Assembly: GCA_036004365.1 (NCBI GenBank)
Contig: DASYRN010000041.1
Location: 6,167-70,166, forward strand
DNA: 64,000 nt
Direction of reading: 5' to 3'
Origin: Candidatus Binatia bacterium
GTDB taxonomy: Bacteria; Desulfobacterota; Binatia; UBA9968
Shown: piece by piece, positions 36,003 through 45,175 of the stretch
How positions within the stretch are numbered: position 1 is the stretch's first letter
How the letters are laid out: the number at the start of each line of letters is the position of its first letter
Made by a program: the position numbers and the translations under genes
Notes under the pieces: generated by a model
What the model saw: the letters and a program-made list of their open reading frames with translations, nothing else
Database searches by the model: none
Told to the model about the DNA's origin: nothing

Positions 36003-36368
36003 ATGACAGAGCAGCAAAAAAGAGAGCTTGCTCAAGATACCGGCGACGCACTTGGGGACCTGGTCCTAGAGCGAGTCGTTGGAAGGGTTGTGGACAGATA
36101 CAGCGCTGAGATTGCCCGTCTTGACAAGGCCGTCCTTGAGCGTGAAACAGGGATTGCTGAGCGCAATGATCACACAGCGAAATTGGACAAAGGCATTGCC
36201 GAGCGAACGGCGACAATTTCGGAGTTGAGTAAGAAAATGGGGGAATTGGAATTAAGGGAAAAAGCATCGGAGATGAGATGTGTTGATCTGGAGGCCAAGG
36301 AAAAGAAATTGGGGCGCCGCATCGAAATTCTAAACAGACCTTATCCGAGGAGGCACGGTCATGAGTGA
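36003..36368 (+). CDS. Hypothetical coiled-coil protein
   Basis: AAAGGAGGG RBS. 121 aa rich in heptad-like E/K/L repeats. Confidence 0.45.
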   Translation: MTEQQKRELAQDTGDALGDLVLERVVGRVVDRYSAEIARLDKAVLERETGIAERNDHTAKLDKGIAERTATISELSKKMGELELREKASEMRCVDLEAKEKKLGRRIEILNRPYPRRHGHE

Positions 36369-36966
36369 TCTAGAAGACTATGACAAGATCCTTGAGGACA
36401 GAGCGAAGCGGGAGAGGGAGGCCAAGTTGCGCGAGTATCGCGAGGCCATGGGGGACATTCCGCAGCGTGCCGAGAAAGCACGTCAAGCTCTTATTGCCTT
36501 CGGTAAAGATAGGAAACTCAGGCACGGTCTTGAGAGCTTGAAAAAACATGATGTTCCGCAAGCTTGGTATTACCCGTCGAAGCTCCAAGAGTTACTTCGC
36601 AAGTTGTTAGCTCATCGTAAGCAGGCGCTTGAGCAGCTCGAGCAAGCTCCATCCCTGATTCAGAAGGAATTGGACGCGATTGAGAGTCGCGGACCCAGAG
36701 ATTTCAGCTATGCGCCAGCCAAACTTGTGGACCGTGACAAAGCGGCCCTACAGCAGTGGATTGATAAAGCGGAAACTTTTGAGGCGGGTTTGAGAGACAT
36801 TGCGGCGCTTGAAAAAGAATTTAAAGAGTTACAGGCGTCGTTCGCTGCGCGTGAGAATCAGGGCGGAGGCCATCCTCTCCCGGACAGTCGTGGCGCCTAC
36901 GAAGCGCCGCCAAAAATGGAAGCGCCTACGTCGCGGCTGGCAAAGTTCGATCCGCGCCAAGAGTAA
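36361..36966 (+). CDS. Hypothetical protein (201 aa), start overlapping the previous gene
   Basis: 8-nt overlap with the upstream ORF. Helical, charged composition. Confidence 0.45.
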   Translation: MSDLEDYDKILEDRAKREREAKLREYREAMGDIPQRAEKARQALIAFGKDRKLRHGLESLKKHDVPQAWYYPSKLQELLRKLLAHRKQALEQLEQAPSLIQKELDAIESRGPRDFSYAPAKLVDRDKAALQQWIDKAETFEAGLRDIAALEKEFKELQASFAARENQGGGHPLPDSRGAYEAPPKMEAPTSRLAKFDPRQE

Positions 36967-37265
36967 TGGAAGAGGAAAAGAAATCTCCGTGCGACATCGC
37001 TCTAGAGGCGGCCAAAAAGGCCGAGCTTGCCATCCTCGGCGATATCCAGAAAGCGCAATTAGAGGCACCTCAGATCAAGCCGGAAAAGAAGAAAAGGGGA
37101 TATATGTATATGCGTATCCTAATAACGGGGGGTGCGAAAATGAAAGTCAGAGTGAACCTAACGCTGGACGACGCGACCTGGGAGAAATTCAGAATCCGGG
37201 CGATTCAAGAAAAAACGTCGGGCTCCGCGATCATAGACCGGTTTGATGGGGGCCTATCTCGGTGA
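36966..37265 (+). CDS. Ribbon-helix-helix (CopG-like) protein; may start at ATG 37140
   Basis: The C-terminal MKVRVNLTLDDATWEKFRIRAIQEKTSGSAIIDRF fits the RHH beta-strand plus two-helix pattern. Confidence 0.45.
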   Translation: MEEEKKSPCDIALEAAKKAELAILGDIQKAQLEAPQIKPEKKKRGYMYMRILITGGAKMKVRVNLTLDDATWEKFRIRAIQEKTSGSAIIDRFDGGLSR

Positions 37266-37564
37266 ATCTCCTTACCCCACAAGAGGCCGCAAACCTGCTC
37301 AAGGTAAGCGAGCGCACGCTAAGGCGGCTAAAACTGCCGCGGGTGAAGCTCGGAAAGCAGTATAGGTATAGGCCGGCGGATATTGACGGGTTTATAAACC
37401 TTCATCTCGAATACCCAGAAATCGGGGGGCACAATGTCAGTAGAATACAGAGAAAACCGAAAAAAGTGGGGTTACAGGTTCTACCTTCGCGGGCAATGCT
37501 TCAAGCGATACGCTTGGGACAGCAAAACGGAGGCGAAACAGGCGGAGCGGGAAGCGCAAGTTGA
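37262..37564 (+). CDS. Excisionase-type HTH protein (Xis-like)
   Basis: LLTPQEAANLLKVSERTLRRLKLPRVKLGKQYRYRPADIDGFI. It sits immediately upstream of, and overlaps, the integrase. Confidence 0.6.
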   Translation: MNLLTPQEAANLLKVSERTLRRLKLPRVKLGKQYRYRPADIDGFINLHLEYPEIGGHNVSRIQRKPKKVGLQVLPSRAMLQAIRLGQQNGGETGGAGSAS

Positions 37565-38705
37565 GGCCAGGAAGAATCCAGGGCTACAGCCTGCGGCTTT
37601 GGCGACAGCAAGCGGCGCTTATCTCATAGCCTAGCGGGAAGAGGCCGGTCGAAGTGGCGGATAGACGGTTTAAACTATGCCTTCAAGGCGCATATCATCC
37701 CGCACTTTGGCGAGTCGGCTTTGATAACTGACTTGACGCCACAAATGGTCGAGAATTTCATCGCGGCGCTGAAACGAAAGAGGCTCAAGAACAAGACAGT
37801 CAAGAACATCATCACGGACCTACGAGCGATGTTTAATTGGGCGATGGAAGAAGACATCAACCTTGTGGCGAGAAACCCGGTAACAAAGAAGGTGGCCAAG
37901 CTCATCGGGAGCACCAGAGCGGTTAAGGCGCCGATTAATCCCAGATGGTTCGACATCGCGGCGAGCGCAATCGAGAATAAGCGCGATCGGGCTTGGTTCG
38001 ATGTTACGCGCTATCTCGGGATGAGAAAAGACGAAGCCAACAGGCTTCAGTGGTCAGATATCAACTGGAGCGCGGGCAAAGTAAGAATACCCGGAACAAA
38101 AACGGATGAAGCGGAAGCATGGCTGCCGGTGGCTCTAAAGACATTGAGAGAATTATACGACTCGGCGGACAGGGATAAATCGCCCTACGTATTCCCTGGA
38201 AGGTCAGCGCAAACAAAAAGGGAAGAAAATCTACAGCCGGCGTAGAGTCTTTGAGAGAATCCAGCGGGTGACGGCTGTCAAGAAATATATGAGGCAGAAG
38301 TTAAGCTATGAGCAGGCCATGGAGGCGTGCAGCAAAGAGGGCTTTAAGGGCGGCATTCACCTTGCGCCAAAGGACCTGCGCGACTTCTTCTGTACTGAGA
38401 TTGCAGCCAAGTCGGATGATGCAAGCGTGGCCATGCGGCTGATGAGGCATACGAGCTTAGCGACTACGACTAAGTACATGAGAACGGTGGAAACAAGGAT
38501 GAGAGAAGCGGTTGAAAATCTTGGAGGCGGTTTTGGAGGCGATCCAATGGCCGGAAAAGGTCATGAAATGTCGCAACTGGCCAAGTTAGAAGAAATGAAA
38601 AAATTTGCCAGGGACTTGATAAAGCACGGAAATCTAAAAGGGATTTTTGGTGGCGGTGGACAGACTCGAACTGTCGACTCCGCGGATATGAGCCGCGTGC
38701 TCTGA
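37434..38705 (+). pseudogene. Tyrosine recombinase/integrase interrupted by two frameshifts
   Basis: There are three collinear pieces. Frame 0 (37434-37634) is N-terminal: KWGYRFYLRGQ. Frame 2 (about 37631-38245) carries GMRKDEANRLQW. Frame 0 (about 38205-38705) carries HLAPKDLRDFF, LMRHTS and TKYM, i.e. the R..H-x-x-R..H..Y catalytic set. The shifts are at about 37625-37635 and in the A5 run 38215-38219. Confidence 0.75.
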
Positions 38706-38724
38706 CCAACTGAGCTACACCGCC
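38648..38724 (-). tRNA. tRNA with CAT anticodon (elongator Met, or Ile2 if lysidine-modified); CCA encoded
   Basis: I folded a perfect cloverleaf by hand: GGCGGTG/CACCGCC acceptor, GCTC/GAGC D stem, CGCGG-CTCATAT-CCGCG anticodon arm, GACAG-TTCGAGT-CTGTC T arm. The G1-C72 pair argues against an initiator. Confidence 0.9.
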
Positions 38725-38797
38725 ACGCGAACCAATTTTGCAGTGGGCTTCAAAAGACTTAGATAGAAGTGTTATTATTGGAGGCCCTAATTGAAAG

Positions 38798-39532
38798 TCA
38801 AGCTGTAGGGGTGAAAAACGGAGTCTTTTGCTTCCATTGATTGGCGACGCTCTTTCGAACCACCGTTTTTTTTCGCCTTTCAATTTGAAAGAGGATTTTG
38901 TCTTGAACCTCTAGGCAACTAAGTTGGTTTCCATAGACAAGACCGGTGTCCAAACCAATCTTGTAGGGAAGATCAAAGAACACCTCCCTATGAGGAGTAT
39001 GACCAAAGAGAACGGTGTAGGGAAGGGCGTGAGGGTTGAAAATAAATTCATCGCGGATCCAGAGAAGTTCCTTCTCCTTTTGCTCATTTAGAGGCCTCAA
39101 AGGATGAATACCGGCGTGAACACAAAGAAAGGGCTCTATCAAGCAATAGGTTCGGAGACTTTTCAAAAAGTCTATATGACTTCGCGGAATACGGAAATCG
39201 GCCTCCTGCGCAGAGATTATCGTAGGAGCGATCCCGTAACTGGTCAAGGTTGTGCCTCCACCGTTGAAAAGAAAGATTTCGCTATTCTTGCCTGGTAGGT
39301 CTAGGTAGGAAAGAAACATATCCTCGTGATTACCCTTGAGAAAGATAAACTCTTGTTGTCCTATTTTTTGCCGTTCAATAAGGTGGGAGATGACCCCCTT
39401 TGGGTCAGGGCCGCGGTCTATATAATCTCCCAAGAAAACAAGGCGATCCGAAGGTTCAAGGGGCAGCGAGTCCAGGAGACATTCTAGTTCCCCGAGGCAA
39501 CCGTGGATATCTCCAACAACGTAAGATCTCAT
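38798..39532 (-). CDS. PPP-family metallophosphoesterase (Ser/Thr phosphatase / ApaH-like)
   Basis: GDIHG, GDYIDRG and GNHE motifs in canonical order. Confidence 0.85.
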   Translation of the reverse strand: MRSYVVGDIHGCLGELECLLDSLPLEPSDRLVFLGDYIDRGPDPKGVISHLIERQKIGQQEFIFLKGNHEDMFLSYLDLPGKNSEIFLFNGGGTTLTSYGIAPTIISAQEADFRIPRSHIDFLKSLRTYCLIEPFLCVHAGIHPLRPLNEQKEKELLWIRDEFIFNPHALPYTVLFGHTPHREVFFDLPYKIGLDTGLVYGNQLSCLEVQDKILFQIERRKKTVVRKSVANQWKQKTPFFTPTA

Positions 39533-39636
39533 AGTCGTATCGTAGGCTACTCTCCTGTGTAGTGCAAGCCGGTTGAAAGGAGTTTCGTGTTAAAGATTTG
39601 AACTCCGGCGGTGGATTTGTTATTGAGCTTACAAGT

Positions 39637-40050
39637 ATGAAATTGCGCGATATTTATTCAAGTTACATAGTCGTGGCGGGTTTTGTGTTTCTTCTATTGG
39701 GTGTTGGCAATTGGGTGGTCGGCGCGGTGCAGATCACAAGATATCAGGGGTTGCTGTTGAGGATAGCCCAAACCGGTCTTGAGGATAACTATCGTAGCTT
39801 TCAAGAGTTGGATCATCAAAAAAACGAAGAGGTGCTTCGCAGAATCAACCAAGATCGAGAAAAGTACAGTACCGCGCGGGTTAAACTCGACTTTTATTAT
39901 GTTGTATTAAGCGGCGGAAGATTTCTCTTTTTCGTGGGGATCTTAGTGACATTTTTTGCCTTGATCCGTGTAATACGGCAAGACGCCGTCACAAAAATGA
40001 GAAGACTAACAGCTAAGCCGGTTGAGAATCACAGTTCTATCAAATTGTGA
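39637..40050 (+). CDS. Hypothetical membrane protein (two TM helices)
   Basis: Start at ATG 39637 (MKLRDIYSSYIVVAGFVFLLLGVGNWVVGA). A second hydrophobic helix lies near the C-terminus. Confidence 0.45.
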   Translation: MKLRDIYSSYIVVAGFVFLLLGVGNWVVGAVQITRYQGLLLRIAQTGLEDNYRSFQELDHQKNEEVLRRINQDREKYSTARVKLDFYYVVLSGGRFLFFVGILVTFFALIRVIRQDAVTKMRRLTAKPVENHSSIKL

Positions 40051-40065
40051 CCGATTTGGGTGTAG

Positions 40066-41088
40066 TTACTTTGAAGGTTTGGATTTTTGGTATTTTCGAT
40101 AGTCGTAACCCGTTGCCATTGCCAGCAGAATGTCTTCCATACCTCCATCCTTTTCCCGGCGAAGGATCAAGAGGCGGTCGAAGAACTCTTTGAATTCTCT
40201 GTAACCTCTTTTTTCTTCCTCAATTTTTCGGAGATAGAAATCTTTAATTCGGGTTACAGTGAATCTGAGTGCGGAAAAACGAAGCTCATTAGGAAAAGAA
40301 TCCCATTCTGGCAGAGAAAGAGGGCGCAAACTTTCGTACCCCGCTATTAGAGGCTCGAACCGATCAATTCGGTACCGACCATCCAAATAGCAAAGGGCGT
40401 TTACTGCCGTGGCGAGATCATAAATAAGCTTTCCACGACATGCGGCTTCAAAATCCAGAATCCCTACTACTCTCGAGCCGCGAAATTTTACATTGTCGGG
40501 AAAGAAATCGCCGTGAATAATCCCCTTTGGAAGGTTGTTATCCAGGTAGTTTTCCAAATATACGGTTTCGTCGTCTAGCACCCTTATGATATTTTTGAGA
40601 TGGGACGGCAGTTGCTTTCTAACATCCCGATAAATAGCTACAATTTTTGTAAAACCGAATCGATTATCAATCCCTTTCTTGTATCCTTTCCCTATGAGGT
40701 GGAGATTCGCGAGACTGTGGCCCATGGCTTCCAGTTGGGCCGAGGTCAGTGCTTCCAGAGGGAACTCTATTCCATCCAAGTATCGACTAATGGATAAGTA
40801 TTTGCCGTGAAATTCGTAATAGTGTTTGCCCTTTTTGCTTTTGAGAGGTTGTGGACATGGGCAACCTTGGCGTTTGAGATAGAGAAGCAGCTCCAGTTCT
40901 TGTTTAATCTCGAGTTCGCTTTTTACTTCATCGATTCTTACAAAAAAACGGCCTTTTTTTGTTTCGAGAAGGTAATGTGTATTAACAGACCCATTGCGGA
41001 TGCCACTAAAGCTAACAATGTCACCCAGCGCGAACTCGTCTGAGATTCGCCCGGCCTCTCTTTTTGTCAGACTTGTATAAATTGCCAT
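40066..41088 (-). CDS. Homoserine kinase type II-like / aminoglycoside-phosphotransferase-fold kinase
   Basis: The N-terminus MAIYTSLTKREAGRISDEFALGDIVSFSGIRNGSVNTHYLL and the catalytic IIHGDFFPDNV loop fit the ThrB type II pattern. Confidence 0.7.
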   Translation of the reverse strand: MAIYTSLTKREAGRISDEFALGDIVSFSGIRNGSVNTHYLLETKKGRFFVRIDEVKSELEIKQELELLLYLKRQGCPCPQPLKSKKGKHYYEFHGKYLSISRYLDGIEFPLEALTSAQLEAMGHSLANLHLIGKGYKKGIDNRFGFTKIVAIYRDVRKQLPSHLKNIIRVLDDETVYLENYLDNNLPKGIIHGDFFPDNVKFRGSRVVGILDFEAACRGKLIYDLATAVNALCYLDGRYRIDRFEPLIAGYESLRPLSLPEWDSFPNELRFSALRFTVTRIKDFYLRKIEEEKRGYREFKEFFDRLLILRREKDGGMEDILLAMATGYDYRKYQKSKPSK

Positions 41089-41360
41089 TGATTTATTCTA
41101 GATAGCCTTTGGCTTAAAACCCGTCGGCCCATGTATTTTATACTAGGATTAAAAAATGTCAATATAAAAACGTTTTTCTATTTATAGCACTTTCAAATTT
41201 TAGTGTTTTATCTTAAGTATTTATCGCTACAAATTCACGAATAGATCCTACAGAACATGGCAAGAATCGAACCTACCTGTGGTGTCTCAATGACCGTGTG
41301 GCTTCAGAGTCGTTCCCTTGACTGCTTGTTAACTGCACCTTATCCAAAGGAATTTTTTTC

Positions 41361-41388
41361 TTGACAAGGGCGCTGGGCTTTATCTAAT
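41361..41388 (+). promoter_or_regulatory. Candidate sigma-70 promoter (TTGACA-N16-TCTAAT) for the cold-shock gene
   Basis: Perfect -35 at 41361-41366 and a 5/6 -10 at 41383-41388. This implies a roughly 130-nt 5' UTR. Confidence 0.5.
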
Positions 41389-41524
41389 GTCGCTCAACAA
41401 AAAGCGTGTCTTTGCCCAGCTTGATTGATTCGCAAATTGCATTACGAATCGGCTCCCAAAAGGAGCTCCGCGAGAGGTAGCCGCGCAACATAGCGGCTGG
41501 TTTAGAGAGGCAGGAGGCGTAATC

Positions 41525-41725
41525 ATGGCGACTGGAAAGGTCAAGTGGTTTAATAATGCAAAAGGATATGGGTTTATCGAGAAAGAAGGGGGTGGCGATG
41601 TTTTTGTGCATTATACAGCTATCCAAGGGGATGGATTCAAAACGCTTAACGAGGGACAAACGGTTGAGTTTGATATTACGCAGGGAGAAAAGGGTCCGCA
41701 GGCAATTAACGTTGTTAAAGTCTGA
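41525..41725 (+). CDS. cspA: Cold-shock protein (CspA family)
   Basis: 66 aa with RNP1/RNP2 motifs KGYGFI and VFVHY. Confidence 0.95.
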   Translation: MATGKVKWFNNAKGYGFIEKEGGGDVFVHYTAIQGDGFKTLNEGQTVEFDITQGEKGPQAINVVKV

Positions 41726-41777
41726 AGTTGGTCGCAATAAGCGAGAAAACTGGCGACTCGGGCCCTCTGCAGAAAGA

Positions 41778-42152
41778 CTATCGGAGTAGTTTCTGGATTT
41801 TATTCTTCAGAATCGTGTAGTCCATGATAGGTTTCGCGATGTAATCATTGCAGCCGACATTAAGAGCCTTATCTTCATCGTTTTCCATTGCTTGAGCAGT
41901 TAGGGCGATAATAGGTAAGGCCTTTCCCCAAGTTGTTTTTCTCACGGCCTTGGTGGCTTCCCAACCATCCATTACAGGCATCTTCATGTCCATAATAATT
42001 AGATCCGGTGTGGACTTGCCTCCTATCTCAATAGCTTCCTTACCGTTGGTGGCAATCAAAACTTCATAGTTGCCCATGCCTTTAATTCTGTAAAGAAGGA
42101 TCTCACGAGTGTCTTCATTGTCTTCAACAACAAGTATCCTTTTCGCTTCCAT
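41778..42152 (-). CDS. Stand-alone receiver (CheY-like) response regulator
   Basis: ILVVEDNED, DLIIMDMKMPVMDG, ALTA and AKP motifs. 124 aa. Confidence 0.85.
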   Translation of the reverse strand: MEAKRILVVEDNEDTREILLYRIKGMGNYEVLIATNGKEAIEIGGKSTPDLIIMDMKMPVMDGWEATKAVRKTTWGKALPIIALTAQAMENDEDKALNVGCNDYIAKPIMDYTILKNKIQKLLR

Positions 42153-42217
42153 GCGAAACTCTGCGCCTTACGACAGCCGTTATATCCCGGAGCCAGGGTA
42201 AAACTTAGGGGTCCTAC

Positions 42218-42246
42218 TTGTCAAGCAGATAAAAGAATAATATAAA
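42218..42246 (+). promoter_or_regulatory. Candidate sigma-70 promoter (TTGTCA-N17-TATAAA) for the sulfate-assimilation operon
   Basis: Read directly. It lies 38 nt upstream of ATG 42285. Confidence 0.5.
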
Positions 42247-42284
42247 AATGAACAGCGATTCTGTCTGACTATTATTTTGGTGCC

Positions 42285-42773
42285 ATGTATACTGAAGCTG
42301 GCGAGGAGCAGTTGTTATCGCAAAGTGTGGTTGTGACCCGGCTTGATAAGGCACTTGGTTGGGCGCGCAAGTATTCGATTTTCCCTTACCCCTTTGCTAC
42401 CGCATGCTGCGCCATGGAATATATGTCATTATCTATGTCGCCGTATGATATTGACCGTTTCGGGGCGCTCTTGCCTCGCTTTAGTCCGAGACAAGCTGAC
42501 TTGCTTATGGTCATAGGGACTGTGAATCATAAATTGGCCCCGGTGCTGAAAAGAGTTTACGAGCAGATGGGTGAGCCGAAATGGGTCATGGCCTTTGGTG
42601 CTTGTGCAGCAAGTGGGGGTTTTTACGATAACTACGCCACAGTTCAAGGAATTGATCGGATTATTCCGGTGGATGTTTATGTTGCTGGGTGTCCTCCCAG
42701 GCCTGAAGCGGTGCTGGATGGCTTAATGGAACTACAGGGCAAAATAGCAAAGCAGTCCCATCCTCTCATTTAG
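42285..42773 (+). CDS. NuoB-type (Oxidored_q6, 20-kDa subunit-like) [4Fe-4S] protein, orphan
   Basis: Collinear with complex I NuoB: ACCAME, RFSPRQADLLMV, GACAASGGFY and VAGCPPRPEA supply the four cluster cysteines. No other nuo gene is in the window. Confidence 0.8.
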   Translation: MYTEAGEEQLLSQSVVVTRLDKALGWARKYSIFPYPFATACCAMEYMSLSMSPYDIDRFGALLPRFSPRQADLLMVIGTVNHKLAPVLKRVYEQMGEPKWVMAFGACAASGGFYDNYATVQGIDRIIPVDVYVAGCPPRPEAVLDGLMELQGKIAKQSHPLI

Positions 42774-42853
42774 AAAAAATTTTTTTGCTATAGTTGACTT
42801 TAGCGATTGGAAATTATAAGAATGGAGCAAATACTGATCCCCAGACATTGTTA

Positions 42854-45166
42854 ATGGAGATTTCTATGATTGAAACTCAAACATGGAGGGAGAAACTTGC
42901 GGACCGCATGCCACTCGAGCTCGCCCGGGAAATCGACATCTTTGAGACCCAAATCGAGTTGCGGAAGCAAGGTAAAATAGATGAGAGAGTCTTTGCCGAA
43001 ACACGCCTGCGCCGTGGCGTTTATGGCCAGCGTTATGATAATGGGCAGCGCCATGATGGTAAACGGGTTCAGAAAATTAAGTTACCCTCCGAGAATTTAA
43101 CCAAAGGACCTGAAACAGTATGGGATGCTCCTGGCATGATGCGCATCAAAATTCCCTTCGGCGGCCTCGATCCTGAGCAGATGCAGGTGTTGGCCGATTT
43201 ATCCGAGGAGTATTCAGATGGAGTTTCCCACGTCACAACGCGCCAGGATATCCAATATCACTTTGTTCACATCGATGACACTCCCTCTCTTATGCGGCGT
43301 CTGGCTGCTGTCGGTATAACCACAAGGGAGGCGTGTGGTAATGCGGTGCGTAATGTCACGGCATGTCCGTTAGCTGGTGTTTGCAGGGATGAGATTTTTG
43401 ACGTGACTCCCTACGCAAAGGCATGTTCGAAATTCCTATTGGGTCATCGAGATACTCAGGACTTTGGCCGAAAATTCAAAATTGCATTTTCGGGATGCCA
43501 GCAACATCCGTGCGGTCTCGTCAGCATGCATGACATGGGAGCGATCGCGAAGAAAAGGCTCATCGATAATCAGGAGCAGCGTGGTTTTGAATTTTATGTT
43601 GGAGGCGGCCTTGGGGCTGTTACTTATAAGGCTCAACTATTCGAGGAATTCCTACCCGAAGAAGAACTTTTGCCTATGGCTCAGGCGATATCGCGAGTCT
43701 TTGCCCGATTAGGTGAAAAACGCAATCGAGCTCGGGCACGTATCAAATTCTTGGTTGCACATCTGGGTATCGAGGAATTCCGTAGAATTGTTTTAGAGGA
43801 GCGACGAAGACTTTCGCACGATCCCCGATGGACGGATTACCTGGCTAAGGCCTACGATTATTCTGAGACTCCGCTAAAATCGCCTGTGTTTCTCAACGGG
43901 GGTGAGCATCCCGAAGGATTCGATGCCTGGCATGCTACAAATGTCTATCGTCAAAGACAACAAGGGTATGCCGTAGCAACAGTGACCCTTCCTTTGGGTG
44001 ACATCACGGCAGATCAGCTTCGGTCCTTGGCGGATATTGCACAGCGTTTTGTCAAAGATACCATACGGACCACAGTAGACCAAAATATTCTACTGCGTTG
44101 GGTGAGTGAGGCAGACCTTCCCGAAGTTTATCGTGCTTTAAAAGCGATCGGACTGGCAGAGCCGAACGCCGGGACGATTGTTGACGTAACAGCGTGTCCG
44201 GGAACAGATACTTGCAAGCTCGGTATTGCGTCCTCCAGAGGACTCGCGCGGGAGCTCAGAAATCGCTTAAGTGAAAAGGGCTTTGAGACAGATTCGGCGG
44301 TTAAGGATCTCCGAATCAAGGTTAGCGGCTGCTTTAATTCCTGTGGGCAGCACCATATTGCAGATATCGGTTTCTACGGCATCAGCAGGAATGTTAACGG
44401 CTATACCGTGCCACATTTTCAGGTGATTCTGGGAGGAAAATTTAGTGAGAATGCCGGCGCATACGGCCTGCCCATTGGGGCTATTCCGTCAAAACGGATA
44501 CCCGAAGTCGTCGAGCGGGTCACCAGTCGCTACATCAAGGAGCGCCAGAAGGGGGAAAGCTTTCAGAATTTTAGCAACCGCATTGGCAAGAAACAGCTTA
44601 AAGCTATGTTGGAAGATCTCACACAGATTCCTCCGCACGACGTCGATCGTTCGTATTACAGCGATTGGGGTGACCCGCGTGAATTTACCTTAAGCGATTT
44701 GGGCACTGGAGAATGCGCCGGAGAGGTTGTTTCTCAGTCGCAGTTTAGTCTCGCGGCAAGTGAGCGGGAGTTTTTTGAGGCTCAGATCTATTTTGATGCC
44801 GGGGATTTTAAGAAGGCGATTCAAACCGCTTATGGCGCCATGGTTCAGGCGGCTCAGGCACTCGTTAAGATCGAGAACTACGATATTTCGAATGACGAGA
44901 ACGCTATTCTTAGTGAGTTTCGCCGCCGCTTCTGTGAAACAGAGATCTTTTATGACAAATATGCAGGCGGAAAATTTGCAGAGTATTTGTTCAAGGCGGG
45001 AGAAATTTTAAAGAGCAATGGTGATGTAGACAAGGATATAGGGCTGCAGCGTCTTCAGGAGGCGCAGCTTTTCATTGATGCGGCACATAGCTGCTACAAC
45101 AAAATGCAGACGGCGGCTGCGAGTCGGCCGGGCCATGCCGTTCCCACCGCCGCGGCCCGAGCTTAG
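42854..45166 (+). CDS. sir: Siroheme/[4Fe-4S] sulfite (nitrite) reductase hemoprotein, ferredoxin-type, with an extra C-terminal domain of about 180 aa
   Basis: Cluster/siroheme motif TACPGTDTCKLG ... SGCFNSCGQH and a pseudo-repeat N-half. Start is ATG 42854 or ATG 42866 (GGAG 6 nt upstream); the ORF track starts at TTG 42794. Confidence 0.85.
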   Translation: MEISMIETQTWREKLADRMPLELAREIDIFETQIELRKQGKIDERVFAETRLRRGVYGQRYDNGQRHDGKRVQKIKLPSENLTKGPETVWDAPGMMRIKIPFGGLDPEQMQVLADLSEEYSDGVSHVTTRQDIQYHFVHIDDTPSLMRRLAAVGITTREACGNAVRNVTACPLAGVCRDEIFDVTPYAKACSKFLLGHRDTQDFGRKFKIAFSGCQQHPCGLVSMHDMGAIAKKRLIDNQEQRGFEFYVGGGLGAVTYKAQLFEEFLPEEELLPMAQAISRVFARLGEKRNRARARIKFLVAHLGIEEFRRIVLEERRRLSHDPRWTDYLAKAYDYSETPLKSPVFLNGGEHPEGFDAWHATNVYRQRQQGYAVATVTLPLGDITADQLRSLADIAQRFVKDTIRTTVDQNILLRWVSEADLPEVYRALKAIGLAEPNAGTIVDVTACPGTDTCKLGIASSRGLARELRNRLSEKGFETDSAVKDLRIKVSGCFNSCGQHHIADIGFYGISRNVNGYTVPHFQVILGGKFSENAGAYGLPIGAIPSKRIPEVVERVTSRYIKERQKGESFQNFSNRIGKKQLKAMLEDLTQIPPHDVDRSYYSDWGDPREFTLSDLGTGECAGEVVSQSQFSLAASEREFFEAQIYFDAGDFKKAIQTAYGAMVQAAQALVKIENYDISNDENAILSEFRRRFCETEIFYDKYAGGKFAEYLFKAGEILKSNGDVDKDIGLQRLQEAQLFIDAAHSCYNKMQTAAASRPGHAVPTAAARA

Positions 45167-45175
45167 TGGGACAGA

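Larger units (their letters stand above)
33600..38647. mobile_element. Decayed integrative element (phage/ICE-like remnant) abutting the 3' end of tRNA-Met
   Basis: Contains a transposase remnant, a DUF3631-like fragment, small coiled-coil ORFs, an RHH protein, an Xis-type HTH and a broken tyrosine integrase next to the tRNA. The left boundary is approximate and I saw no att repeat. Confidence 0.6.

Noticed and set aside
38470-38883. 137-aa minus-strand ORF
   Set aside because: It runs straight through the tRNA-Met gene and the integrase 3' end, so it is spurious.
41240-41330. tRNA-like T-arm motif (GGTAGGTTCGATTCTTGCC on the minus strand)
   Set aside because: I could not fold acceptor, D or anticodon arms around it. 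It is possibly a tRNA-fragment relic, but it is not a gene.
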